Assembly: GCA_017416185.1 (NCBI GenBank)
Contig: JAFQDF010000012.1
Location: 32,965 to 96,964 of the forward strand
Direction: 5' to 3'
DNA from: Clostridia bacterium
GTDB taxonomy: Bacteria > Bacillota > Clostridia > Oscillospirales > CAG-272
Length of the DNA: 64,000 bases
The notes below the pieces were generated by a model. It saw only the letters and a list, made by a program, of their open reading frames with translations, was not told where the DNA came from and ran no database searches. A program made the position numbers and the translations under genes. Below are positions 28,304 to 38,000 of the stretch, in pieces; the stretch's first letter is position 1, and each line of letters opens with the position of its first letter.

Positions 28304-29572
28304 ATGAACATTATTGTAGTTGGCGGCGGCGGCCGCGAGCATGCGATCATAAAGAAATTAAAAGAAAATAAAGATATAGAAAAAATATATGCTCTCCCCG
28401 GTAACGCAGGTATGGCACATGATGCCGAGCTTGTGGCTATCGGAGCAAAGGACATAGACAATATAGTTAAATTCGCCACAGACAATAAGATCGACTTTGC
28501 CATTGTAGCACCCGACGATCCTCTGGTGCTCGGCTGTGTTGATGCTCTTGAAGCAGTAGGTATTCCCTGCTTTGGTCCCAACAAGGCGGCGGCTATAATC
28601 GAGGGCTCAAAGGTGTTCTCAAAGAACCTTATGAAGAAATACGGCATTCCCACCGCAGCTTACGAGGTATTTACAGATGCACAGGCGGCTCTTGAATACG
28701 TAAAGACCTGTCCCATTCCTACAGTTATCAAGGCTGATGGGCTTGCTCTGGGTAAGGGAGTTGTTATCGCAATGACCCGTGAGGAGGCAGTTGACGCAGT
28801 TAAGGCTGCGATGGAGGATAAGGTATTCGGCGACAGCGGAAGCTCTATCGTAATCGAGGAGTTCCTTGAAGGTCCCGAGGTATCTGTACTTTCCTTCGTT
28901 GACGGCAAGACCGTTGTTCCTATGGTTTCCTCTATGGACCACAAGAGAGCTCTTGATGGTGACCGGGGTCTTAATACAGGCGGTATGGGTACTATCGCTC
29001 CCAATCCCTACTATACAGATGCAGTAGCTAAAGAGTGTATGGAAAAGATCTTCCTTCCCACAGTTGACGCTATGGCAAAGGAAGGCAGAGCATTTAAGGG
29101 ATGTCTGTACTTCGGTCTTATGATCACCAAGGACGGTCCTAAGGTAATCGAGTATAACTGCCGCTTCGGTGACCCCGAAACACAGGTGGTTCTCCCCCTT
29201 CTTGACTGTGACCTTCTCTCTGTAATGAAGGCTTGCCGTGAGGGTACTCTTACCTGTGATATGATAAGGATAAAGGATGCATCCGCTTGCTGTGTTGTTA
29301 TGGCAAGTAAGGGTTATCCCGGCAAGTACGACACAGGCTTTGAGATCACACTTCCCGCACCCGAGGCCGACCGTGAGGTTTACGTGGCAGGCGCCAAGTT
29401 TGCTGACGGTAAGGTAGTTACAGGCGGCGGACGAGTGCTGGGTGTAGTTGCTATCGGCGACACACTTGAAGCTGCCGTCAAGGAAGCTTACAAATATTCC
29501 GACAAGGTACATTTTGAAAACGCATATCGCAGAAGCGATATAGGTAAACGTGCACTCGATGCATTAAAATAA
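28304..29572 (+). CDS. purD: Phosphoribosylamine-glycine ligase
   Basis: MNIIVVGGGGREHAI N-terminus and an ATP-grasp core. Start moved to 28304 behind AAGAGG. The ORF-track extension would run through the repeat element. Confidence 0.92.
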   Translation: MNIIVVGGGGREHAIIKKLKENKDIEKIYALPGNAGMAHDAELVAIGAKDIDNIVKFATDNKIDFAIVAPDDPLVLGCVDALEAVGIPCFGPNKAAAIIEGSKVFSKNLMKKYGIPTAAYEVFTDAQAALEYVKTCPIPTVIKADGLALGKGVVIAMTREEAVDAVKAAMEDKVFGDSGSSIVIEEFLEGPEVSVLSFVDGKTVVPMVSSMDHKRALDGDRGLNTGGMGTIAPNPYYTDAVAKECMEKIFLPTVDAMAKEGRAFKGCLYFGLMITKDGPKVIEYNCRFGDPETQVVLPLLDCDLLSVMKACREGTLTCDMIRIKDASACCVVMASKGYPGKYDTGFEITLPAPEADREVYVAGAKFADGKVVTGGGRVLGVVAIGDTLEAAVKEAYKYSDKVHFENAYRRSDIGKRALDALK

Positions 29573-29581
29573 GGTGACATT

Positions 29582-32500
29582 ATGGTATTCAGAATTTACG
29601 TAGAAAAGAAAACAGGTCTTGACAACGAGGCAAGAGCCCTTCTCTCGGATGCAAAATCTCTGCTGGGTATCGAAGGACTTGCAAAGGTCAGACTTTTTAA
29701 CAGATATGACTGTGAGGGTATCGAAAAACAGCTTTTTGATTACTCTGTAAACACAGTATTTTCCGAGCCTCAGCTTGACGATACATACGCAGAGCTTCCC
29801 GCAGCAGACGGTGTGGTGTTTGCCACCGAGTATCTGCCCGGTCAGTATGACCAGCGTGCAGATTCTGCCGCACAGTGTATCCAGATCATCTCTCAGGGTG
29901 AAAGACCCCTTATCCGTACCGCAAGAGTTTATATCCTTGAGGGTACACTCTCCGATGAGGACGTAGCAAAGATCAAGAAGTACGTTATCAACCCCGTTGA
30001 GGCCCGTGAGGCTACCCTTGAGCTTCCCGAAACTCTCAAGGTAAACTATGACATCCCCACCGAGGTTGCCACGGTTGACGGCTTTATCGATATGTGCGAC
30101 AAGTCTCTTTCTGAGCTTATGGCTACTCTCGGTCTTGCAATGGACTTAGACGACATCCGTTTCTGCCGTGACTATTTCAGAACCGAGGGCCGTAACCCCA
30201 CTATCACCGAGATCAGAATGATCGATACATACTGGTCTGACCACTGCAGACACACCACGTTTTTGACCGAAATTGACAACGTGACCTTTGAGGACAAGCT
30301 CCTTGAGGAAGCATACAACGATTATATCAATACCCGTAAAGAGCTTGGCAGAACTAAGCCCGTATGTCTTATGGATATCGCTACCCTTGCGGTAAGATAC
30401 CTTAAGAAGGAAGGCAAGCTCGACAAGCTTGACGAATCCGAGGAGATCAATGCTTGTACAGTCAAAATTGATGTAGAGCATGACGGCAAGACTGAAAAGT
30501 GGCTGCTTCTCTTCAAGAACGAAACACACAACCATCCTACCGAGATCGAGCCCTTCGGCGGTGCCGCTACCTGTATCGGCGGTGCTATCCGTGACCCCCT
30601 GTCAGGTCGTAGCTACGTTTACGCGGCTATGCGTGTAACAGGTGCGGCAGACCCCACCAAGCCCATCTCCGAGACTATGGAGGGCAAGCTTCCCCAGCGT
30701 AAGCTTGTAACCACAGCGGCTGCAGGCTACTCCTCCTACGGTAACCAGATCGGTCTTGCTACAGGTCAGGTTGACGAAATTTATCACGACGGATATGCTG
30801 CAAAGCGTATGGAGATCGGTGCGGTCATCGCAGCTGCTCCCGCTGAAAACGTTCGCCGTGAGAGACCCGAGGACGGCGATATCGTAATACTCCTCGGCGG
30901 CAGAACAGGCCGTGACGGCTGCGGCGGTGCTACAGGCTCCTCAAAATCCCACAATCTTCAGTCTCTTGAATCCTGCGGAGCAGAGGTTCAGAAGGGTAAC
31001 GCACCCGAGGAAAGAAAGCTCCAGAGACTCTTCAGAAACAAAGAGGCTTCTCAGCTTATCAAGCGTTGTAACGACTTCGGTGCAGGCGGTGTATCCGTTG
31101 CTATCGGAGAATTAGCCGACGGTCTTGTAATTGATCTCAATGCTGTTCCCAAGAAGTACGACGGTCTTGACGGTACAGAGCTTGCTATCTCCGAGTCTCA
31201 GGAAAGAATGGCAGTTGTCGTTGAGGCAAAGGACGTTGAGCGCTTCTGTGAGCTTGCAGACAAGGAAAATCTTGAAGCAACAGTTGTTGCAAAGGTGCAG
31301 GCTGATCCCAGACTTGTAATGCATTGGAACGGCAAGGCTATCGTTGACCTCAGCCGTGAATTCCTTAACAGTAACGGTGCTCCCAAGCACATTAATATCG
31401 CTCCCGCAAAGCCCGAGTGCTATGCAAAAAAGGTTGAAGGCAGCTTTACCGATAACTACAAGGCTGTTGCATCCGACCTTAACACCTGTTCTAAGCGCGG
31501 TCTTTCCGAGCGCTTTGACTCCACCATCGGTGCAGGTACAGTTCTTATGCCCTTCGGCGGTAAGTATCAGCTTACCCCCATCCAGGCTATGGTAAACAAG
31601 ATCTCCACCGAAACAGGTGATACCTCAACTGTATCTCTTATGTCTTGGGGCTACAACCCCTTTATTACCGAAAAATCCCCCTACCACGGTGCTTACCTTG
31701 CGGTAGTTGAGTCTGTTTGTAAGCTTATCGCAACAGGTGCTTCCTTTGAGGATGTATATCTGACCTTCCAGGAATACTTTGAAAAGCCCGGTACCGACGC
31801 AAAGCGTTGGGGTAAACCTCTTGCAGCACTGCTGGGTGCATTTAAGGCACAGAAGAACCTCGGCATCGGCTCTATCGGCGGTAAGGACTCTATGTCCGGA
31901 AGCTTTGAAAAGCTTGATGTTCCTCCCACCCTTGTTTCTTTCGCTGTTACTACAGACGATATAAAGAATATTATCTCTCCCGAGTTTAAGGCAGCGTGTC
32001 ACCGTGTGGCTATCCTTCGTACCGAGTATGACGAAAACCACCTCCCCAAGACCGAGTGCCTCATCGCTAACTTTAATAAGGTTGCTGAGCTTGTTCGCCG
32101 GGGCAAGGTTGCAGCTGCTTATACTCCCACTCTCGGCGGTATCGCTGAGGCAGTATACAAGATGGCTATCGGTAACGGTATCGGCTTTAAGTATGACGAC
32201 GCTATGACTGTTGAGGACATCTTCGGCTACAACTACGGCGCATTCATTCTTGAAATGACAGACGACACCGATATCGGTGAGACCCTCGGCTACACCGTAG
32301 AGGATGGTTCTATCTCCCTCGGTGACGAAAAGGTTTGCCTGTGCGGTCTTAACAAGCTCTACGAGGGCAAGTTGGAGGACGTATATCATTGTAATATCGC
32401 ATTTAACGAAGAAAAGCCCGAAAACTACAGATTCAATGCAGAATCCTATCCTCAGGTAAGAACAAAGGTAACCAAGCCCAAGGTGCTTATCCCCGTATTC

Positions 32501-33274
32501 CCCGGTACAAACTGTGAGTTTGATACCGCAAAGGCGGCACAGCGTGCAGGTCTTGACACTGAGATCATCGTTATAAAGAACCTTACATCCCAGGGTATTG
32601 CCGACAGCGTTGATTACTTTGCAAAGCAGACCGCTAATGCTCAGATAATCGCTATCCCCGGAGGTTTCTCCGGCGGTGACGAGCCTGACGGAAGCGGTAA
32701 GTTCATTACCGCATTCTTCCGTAACAAGGCGGTAAAGGACGCAGTTCACGAAATGCTTAACTGCCGTGACGGTCTGATGCTTGGTATCTGTAACGGCTTC
32801 CAGGCTCTTATAAAATTAGGTCTCGTTCCCTACGGTGAGATCATCGACACAGATGAGAGCTGTCCCACACTTACCTTCAATACCATCGCACGTCACCAGT
32901 CAAAGCTTGTTCGTACAGCTATTGCATCCAACAAGTCTCCCTGGCTTATGGGTACAAAGGCAGGCGAGGTATATACAGTACCGATCTCCCACGGCGAGGG
33001 CCGATTCCTTGGCTCTGAGGAGCTTATAGCTAAGCTTGCAGCCAACGGTCAGATCGCAACCCAGTACTGTGACCTTGAGGGTAACGCAACATACGATATC
33101 GCATTTAACCCCAACAACTCCGCTCACGCAATCGAGGGTATAACCTCTCCCGACGGACGTGTCCTTGGTAAGATGGGTCACAGCGAGCGTATCGGCACAG
33201 GTCTCTACAAGAACGTTGAGGGTACTTATGAAATGAACCTCTTCAATTCCGCTTACAAATATTTTAATAACTAA
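29582..33274 (+). CDS. purL: Phosphoribosylformylglycinamidine synthase, single-chain large form
   Basis: 1230 aa. FGAM synthase core (WSDHCRHTTF, ETHNHPT) and a C-terminal glutaminase domain (GICNGFQ). Confidence 0.93.
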   Translation: MVFRIYVEKKTGLDNEARALLSDAKSLLGIEGLAKVRLFNRYDCEGIEKQLFDYSVNTVFSEPQLDDTYAELPAADGVVFATEYLPGQYDQRADSAAQCIQIISQGERPLIRTARVYILEGTLSDEDVAKIKKYVINPVEAREATLELPETLKVNYDIPTEVATVDGFIDMCDKSLSELMATLGLAMDLDDIRFCRDYFRTEGRNPTITEIRMIDTYWSDHCRHTTFLTEIDNVTFEDKLLEEAYNDYINTRKELGRTKPVCLMDIATLAVRYLKKEGKLDKLDESEEINACTVKIDVEHDGKTEKWLLLFKNETHNHPTEIEPFGGAATCIGGAIRDPLSGRSYVYAAMRVTGAADPTKPISETMEGKLPQRKLVTTAAAGYSSYGNQIGLATGQVDEIYHDGYAAKRMEIGAVIAAAPAENVRRERPEDGDIVILLGGRTGRDGCGGATGSSKSHNLQSLESCGAEVQKGNAPEERKLQRLFRNKEASQLIKRCNDFGAGGVSVAIGELADGLVIDLNAVPKKYDGLDGTELAISESQERMAVVVEAKDVERFCELADKENLEATVVAKVQADPRLVMHWNGKAIVDLSREFLNSNGAPKHINIAPAKPECYAKKVEGSFTDNYKAVASDLNTCSKRGLSERFDSTIGAGTVLMPFGGKYQLTPIQAMVNKISTETGDTSTVSLMSWGYNPFITEKSPYHGAYLAVVESVCKLIATGASFEDVYLTFQEYFEKPGTDAKRWGKPLAALLGAFKAQKNLGIGSIGGKDSMSGSFEKLDVPPTLVSFAVTTDDIKNIISPEFKAACHRVAILRTEYDENHLPKTECLIANFNKVAELVRRGKVAAAYTPTLGGIAEAVYKMAIGNGIGFKYDDAMTVEDIFGYNYGAFILEMTDDTDIGETLGYTVEDGSISLGDEKVCLCGLNKLYEGKLEDVYHCNIAFNEEKPENYRFNAESYPQVRTKVTKPKVLIPVFPGTNCEFDTAKAAQRAGLDTEIIVIKNLTSQGIADSVDYFAKQTANAQIIAIPGGFSGGDEPDGSGKFITAFFRNKAVKDAVHEMLNCRDGLMLGICNGFQALIKLGLVPYGEIIDTDESCPTLTFNTIARHQSKLVRTAIASNKSPWLMGTKAGEVYTVPISHGEGRFLGSEELIAKLAANGQIATQYCDLEGNATYDIAFNPNNSAHAIEGITSPDGRVLGKMGHSERIGTGLYKNVEGTYEMNLFNSAYKYFNN

Positions 33275-33295
33275 TATATAAGGAGAACAACGAAC

Positions 33296-34969
33296 ATGTA
33301 CAAGTCTGATATAGAAATTGCACAGTCCGTAGAAATGAAGCCTATTACCGAGATAGCAAAGGTAGCAGGCGTTGCTGATGAATATCTTGAGCAGTACGGT
33401 AAGTACAAGGCAAAGGTTGATCTTTCCCTCTTAAATGACGAAACCAAAAAGGACGGCAAGCTCATCCTTGTTACTGCAATCACTCCCACCCCTGCAGGTG
33501 AGGGTAAGACAACCACTACAATCGGTCTTGCTGACGGTCTTAAGCGTATAGGTAAGAACGTTCTTGTAGCTCTCCGCGAGCCCTCCCTCGGTCCCGTTTT
33601 CGGTGTCAAGGGCGGTGCGGCAGGCGGCGGCTGGGCACAGGTAGTTCCCATGGAGGACATCAACCTCCACTTTACAGGTGACTTCCACGCAATAGGTGCA
33701 GCCAACAACCTCCTTGCAGCTATGCTTGACAACCACATCTATCAGGGAAATGCTCTCAATATCGATCCCCGCCGCATCACCTGGAAGCGCTGCGTCGATA
33801 TGAACGACCGTCAGCTCCGCTTCGTTACCGATGGTCTGGGTGGACGTGTAAACGGTGTTCCCCGCGAGGACGGCTACGATATCACCGTTGCAAGTGAAAT
33901 TATGGCAGTTCTATGTCTGAGTAAATCTATATCCGACCTTAAAGAAAGACTCTCCAAGATCATAGTTGGTTATACCTATGACGAAAAGCCCGTGACCTGC
34001 GGTCAGCTTAATGCTCAGGGTGCAATGACTGCACTTCTTAAGGACGCTCTCAAACCTAACCTTGTTCAGACCCTTGAGGGTACTCCCGCATTTGTTCACG
34101 GCGGTCCCTTTGCCAACATCGCTCACGGCTGTAACTCTGTTACCGCTACCCGTATGGCGATGAAGCTCTCTGATTATACAGTAACAGAGGCTGGCTTCGG
34201 TGCTGATCTGGGTGCTGAAAAGTTCCTTGATATCAAGTGCCGCTTTGCAGGTCTTACACCTTCTGCTGTCGTTATCGTTGCAACGGTCCGTGCCCTTAAG
34301 ATGCACGGCGGTCTTGCAAAGACAGAGCTTAATAACGAAAACCTCGAAGCACTTGAAAAAGGTCTTCCTAACCTTCTTCGTCACGTTTCCAACATCAAGA
34401 ACGTATACAAGCTTCCCTCCGTGGTTGCGGTTAACCGCTTCCCCACCGATACCGATGCGGAAATCGACTTGGTTATCAAGAAGTGTAAGGAGCTTGGTGT
34501 TAACGTGGTTCTTTCCACCGTATGGGCAGAAGGCGGCAAGGGCGGTGAGGCTCTTGCAGAAGAGGTCGTTCGTCTTTGTGAAGAGGAAAAGGGTGACTTT
34601 ACCTTCAGCTATGAGGACGGAGATTCTCTTGAAGAAAAGATCGAAAAGGTAGTAAAGAAGGTATACGGCGGTGACGGTATCAATATACTGCCCGCAGCAA
34701 AGAAGCAGCTTGACAAGCTCACAGAGCTTGGATTTGGTTCCTGCCCCGTTTGTATCGCAAAGACACAGTATTCCTTCTCTGACGATATGACAAAGCTTGG
34801 TGCTCCCACCGACTTTAAGGTAACCGTAAAGAACGTTAAGATCAGCGCAGGAGCAGGCTTTGTGGTAGTTCTGACAGGTGACATTATGACAATGCCCGGA
34901 CTTCCCAAGGTTCCCGCAGCAGAAAAGATCGACGTTGACGAAAATGGAAAAATCAGCGGACTTTTCTAA
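33296..34969 (+). CDS. fhs: Formate-tetrahydrofolate ligase
   Basis: 557 aa with [15 protein letters not shown] and [18 protein letters not shown] motifs. Confidence 0.95.
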   Translation: MYKSDIEIAQSVEMKPITEIAKVAGVADEYLEQYGKYKAKVDLSLLNDETKKDGKLILVTAITPTPAGEGKTTTTIGLADGLKRIGKNVLVALREPSLGPVFGVKGGAAGGGWAQVVPMEDINLHFTGDFHAIGAANNLLAAMLDNHIYQGNALNIDPRRITWKRCVDMNDRQLRFVTDGLGGRVNGVPREDGYDITVASEIMAVLCLSKSISDLKERLSKIIVGYTYDEKPVTCGQLNAQGAMTALLKDALKPNLVQTLEGTPAFVHGGPFANIAHGCNSVTATRMAMKLSDYTVTEAGFGADLGAEKFLDIKCRFAGLTPSAVVIVATVRALKMHGGLAKTELNNENLEALEKGLPNLLRHVSNIKNVYKLPSVVAVNRFPTDTDAEIDLVIKKCKELGVNVVLSTVWAEGGKGGEALAEEVVRLCEEEKGDFTFSYEDGDSLEEKIEKVVKKVYGGDGINILPAAKKQLDKLTELGFGSCPVCIAKTQYSFSDDMTKLGAPTDFKVTVKNVKISAGAGFVVVLTGDIMTMPGLPKVPAAEKIDVDENGKISGLF

Positions 34970-34991
34970 TTCATAATGCGTAATTAAATGA

Positions 34992-35029
34992 GGCTTTTCG
35001 CCCTAATAGGACGAAAAGCTTCTTTTTTC
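34992..35029 (+). terminator. Terminator of the pur-fhs operon
   Basis: GGCTTTTCG-ccctaatagga-CGAAAAGCT followed by TCTTTTTTCT. Confidence 0.7.
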
Positions 35030-35033
35030 TGTA

Positions 35034-35062
35034 TTGAAAAATCATATTTACTGTGATATAAT
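35034..35062 (+). promoter_or_regulatory. Promoter of the giant SLH protein gene
   Basis: TTGAAA (35034-35039), 17-nt spacer ending in TGa, then TATAAT (35057-35062). Confidence 0.5.
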
Positions 35063-35099
35063 GATATTGTTAATTTATGACAGAGAGGAAGCGAGACTG

Positions 35100-38000
35100 T
35101 TGAAAAAAATATTTAGCAGGACCCTTGCGGTTTTATTATCACTTATTATACTTTTACAGGCAGTACCGATAGTCGCAGATGACGGTATTGCAGAGCTTGA
35201 ATGTAGCTTTTCCGAGGGCGTACTTACCGTAAGCGGTAAGGGTACCATGCAAAATTGGAATTCCGAATATGACATCCCTTGGTATGATTATAAGGACAGC
35301 ATACTCAAGGTTGTCATCAATGATGGAATAACGTCTGTGGGCAACGGTGCATTTCAACATTGTTACTCTCTTACAGAGGTAACACTACCCGAAGGAATAA
35401 CGTCTGTGGGCAACAGTGCATTTCAACATTGTCACTCTCTTACAGAGGTAACACTACCCGAAGGAATTAAGGTCATAGGTGACCGCGCCTTCTGTTATTG
35501 TTATGCTCTTGAAAAGATCAACCTGCCTTCAAGCCTTAAAAAGCTGAATATTCATTGTTTTGCGGAATGTGATAGCTTAAAAGAAATTACTCTTCCCGAG
35601 GGATTAGAAGAAATAGGTCCCGGTGCTTTTTCAAGCGCAGAGCTTACAAGTATATACATCCCTGATTCGGTCACGGTTATCGGAAATGAGGCTTTCCGTG
35701 ACTGTAGAGAGCTTGGCTCGGTCAGAATAAGTGAGAATGTAACAACACTCGGAGAAAGTGTTTTTACCGGTTGCGCTTCACTTACCAATCTCTCAATACC
35801 CGACAAGGTCGAAAGTATCGGTAAGCAATGCTTCAGTGGTTGCAACAAATTGTCCGATGTTAATTTCGGCAAAGCTGTAACAGAGATCGGTCAAGGAGCG
35901 TTTTCCGGTTGTAACACCCTTACGGAGATCGTGCTTCCCGATACCGTCACCGTTATCGGCAATAGAGCCTTCCGTGATTGTGGCTCACTCAAGAATATCA
36001 AATTATCCGACAGCGTATCAGTGATAAGCGACAGTGCTTTTGAATACTGCATTAATCTGACAGATATAACCTTCGGTAACGGTATCAAGGAAATAGGAGA
36101 ATATGCTTTTGCATATACCGATTCTTTAAAGAACATCGACTTACCCGAAGGCTTCACCACGCTTGAAGGATACGCTTTTTCACGAAGCGGTATAGAAAGA
36201 ATATCTTTTCCCGATTCTGCTACGGATATTCAGCCATATGCATTATGTAGCTGCTTTAATCTTATTGAGATCTCGTTCCCAAATGGTATTACCGAAATAC
36301 CCGACGGTATGTTTAGTCATTGCTCATCCTTAACTACACTGACAATCCCGGACAGCGTCTCTGTTATCGGAGACTCTGCCTTTGAACATTGCAATGCTTT
36401 ATCAGAAATCGATTTTGGTTTGGGTGTTAAGGAAATCGGAGCGTCTGCTTTTGCTTATACCGATTCATTAAAGCATATCACCTTACCCGAGGGTTTTACC
36501 ACGATAAAAAGCGATGCTTTTTCGCGAAGTGGTATAGAATCGGTTATTTTGCCTGATACAGCAACCGATATCTATATGTACGCTTTCTCAGGTTGTTTCA
36601 ATCTAAAAGAAATTACATTATCCGAAAATATGACAGAAATCCCTGCGTGTATGTTTGTGGATTGCTCATCATTAACTACCCTGTCTATTCCCGTTAATGT
36701 AAAGGTGATCGGAGGTAATGCCTTTTATTTGTGTACCTCGCTTCAGTCCATAGAACTGCCGACAGGATTGGTTCAGATCGGCTCCGATGCTTTTTACGGA
36801 TGCAGTAATTTAGAAGCATTAACAGCCTATGAAAACGTAGAAAATATTGTTGGTGATTGGGTATTCCGTGATTGTCCGATGCTTACCGTATATACACTTC
36901 CGAATTCCTACGTATGGGAATACTGTTTATCCAACAACGTACCCGTGCAGCCTATTTTTGATTCATCCTCGGTGACCTTGACCGTTATGGATGAAGGAAA
37001 TACATTAACAGATGGCTATACGGTCAACTGGTACAACAAGGGCAGCGATACTATTATCGGACAGGGTAATACTCTTTATAATGTATCCGATGATGCCGAA
37101 TATGAATATGAAATTATATTAGATGAAGAATTATCCTATATATACAAACAGCCCGAAAGAACTATATTAGATCCGGACAAGCCCGAGTGTACCCTTGAAA
37201 AGCACAAGGATATCAGCTTGACAGGCTTTGTGAAAAGCACGGAAGGTATTGCTGTTAAGGGTGCCGTTATATCCTTTACACAGACCTATAACGGTAAATA
37301 TGTTTTGACAACAGATACCGTATCTGACAGCAGCGGCAGATATTCTATAGTTATAAAAGATCTGCCTGCCTCCGTTACCGTAAAGCAGGACGGTTATTAT
37401 GACCGCAACCTTACGCTTGATGGTATTACAGCGGAGTCAGCCGACTTTATTCTCTCACCTCTGCCCGACAGCAAAATTTCCTTTACCCTATCCAAGCGTA
37501 CTGCTGCGGCAAAGGACGAGAAGCCAACCGTAACACCCGTTACAAGTATTGAAGGATTAAACCTCGCAATTAAAAACGTCACACAAAATAAACACATAAC
37601 CGATTTCAGCTTCCAGTATCCCTACGTGATCGTAACCGATGCAGATCCCGGCGATATTCTTGAGATCACTCTGAACGCAAGTGATGACTCAATGCGTTCT
37701 GAGCCTGTAAGAGTAACTCTGGATGAAAACAAATGCGGGCATTTTGATGCAATACTGACCGAAAACGGCAGATTCAGAGTATCGGAAATCAAAGCAGATA
37801 CCGAAGCTTTAGCTATGGTATTTGACAGTAACGGCAGGTTTGTGTATTCGGAAAGTGCAAGCGGCTCTTATACAAGCAGACCGCTTAAGGACGGTTATTA
37901 TTCGGTAATATTTATAGAGAATACCCCTTTGCTGAAAAGCGTTGCCGATATAAACTCTTTGAGTGAATACGGACTTTCGGAGGGTGAGCATTATACACTT

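Noticed and set aside
31625-32749. 374-aa minus-strand ORF, with similar long antisense ORFs at 26819-27616, 28619-29512, 59273-60313, 7487-8194, 8139-8906, 1178-1795 and 53728-54297
   Set aside because: Each lies opposite a confidently identified conserved gene (purL, purH, purD, hdrA, cysK, the oxidoreductase, the kinase, frdA). None has recognisable motifs.
23117-34969. Absence of purF, purC, purB and purK from the pur operon as a sign of an unusual pathway
   Set aside because: These genes may simply lie elsewhere in the genome, which cannot be judged from one window.
35034-35099. ATG starts at 35034 and 35061 for the giant protein
   Set aside because: Both lie inside the predicted TTGAAA-17-TATAAT promoter. 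The TTG at 35100 follows GAGAGGAAG and yields a canonical signal peptide. The start remains somewhat uncertain.
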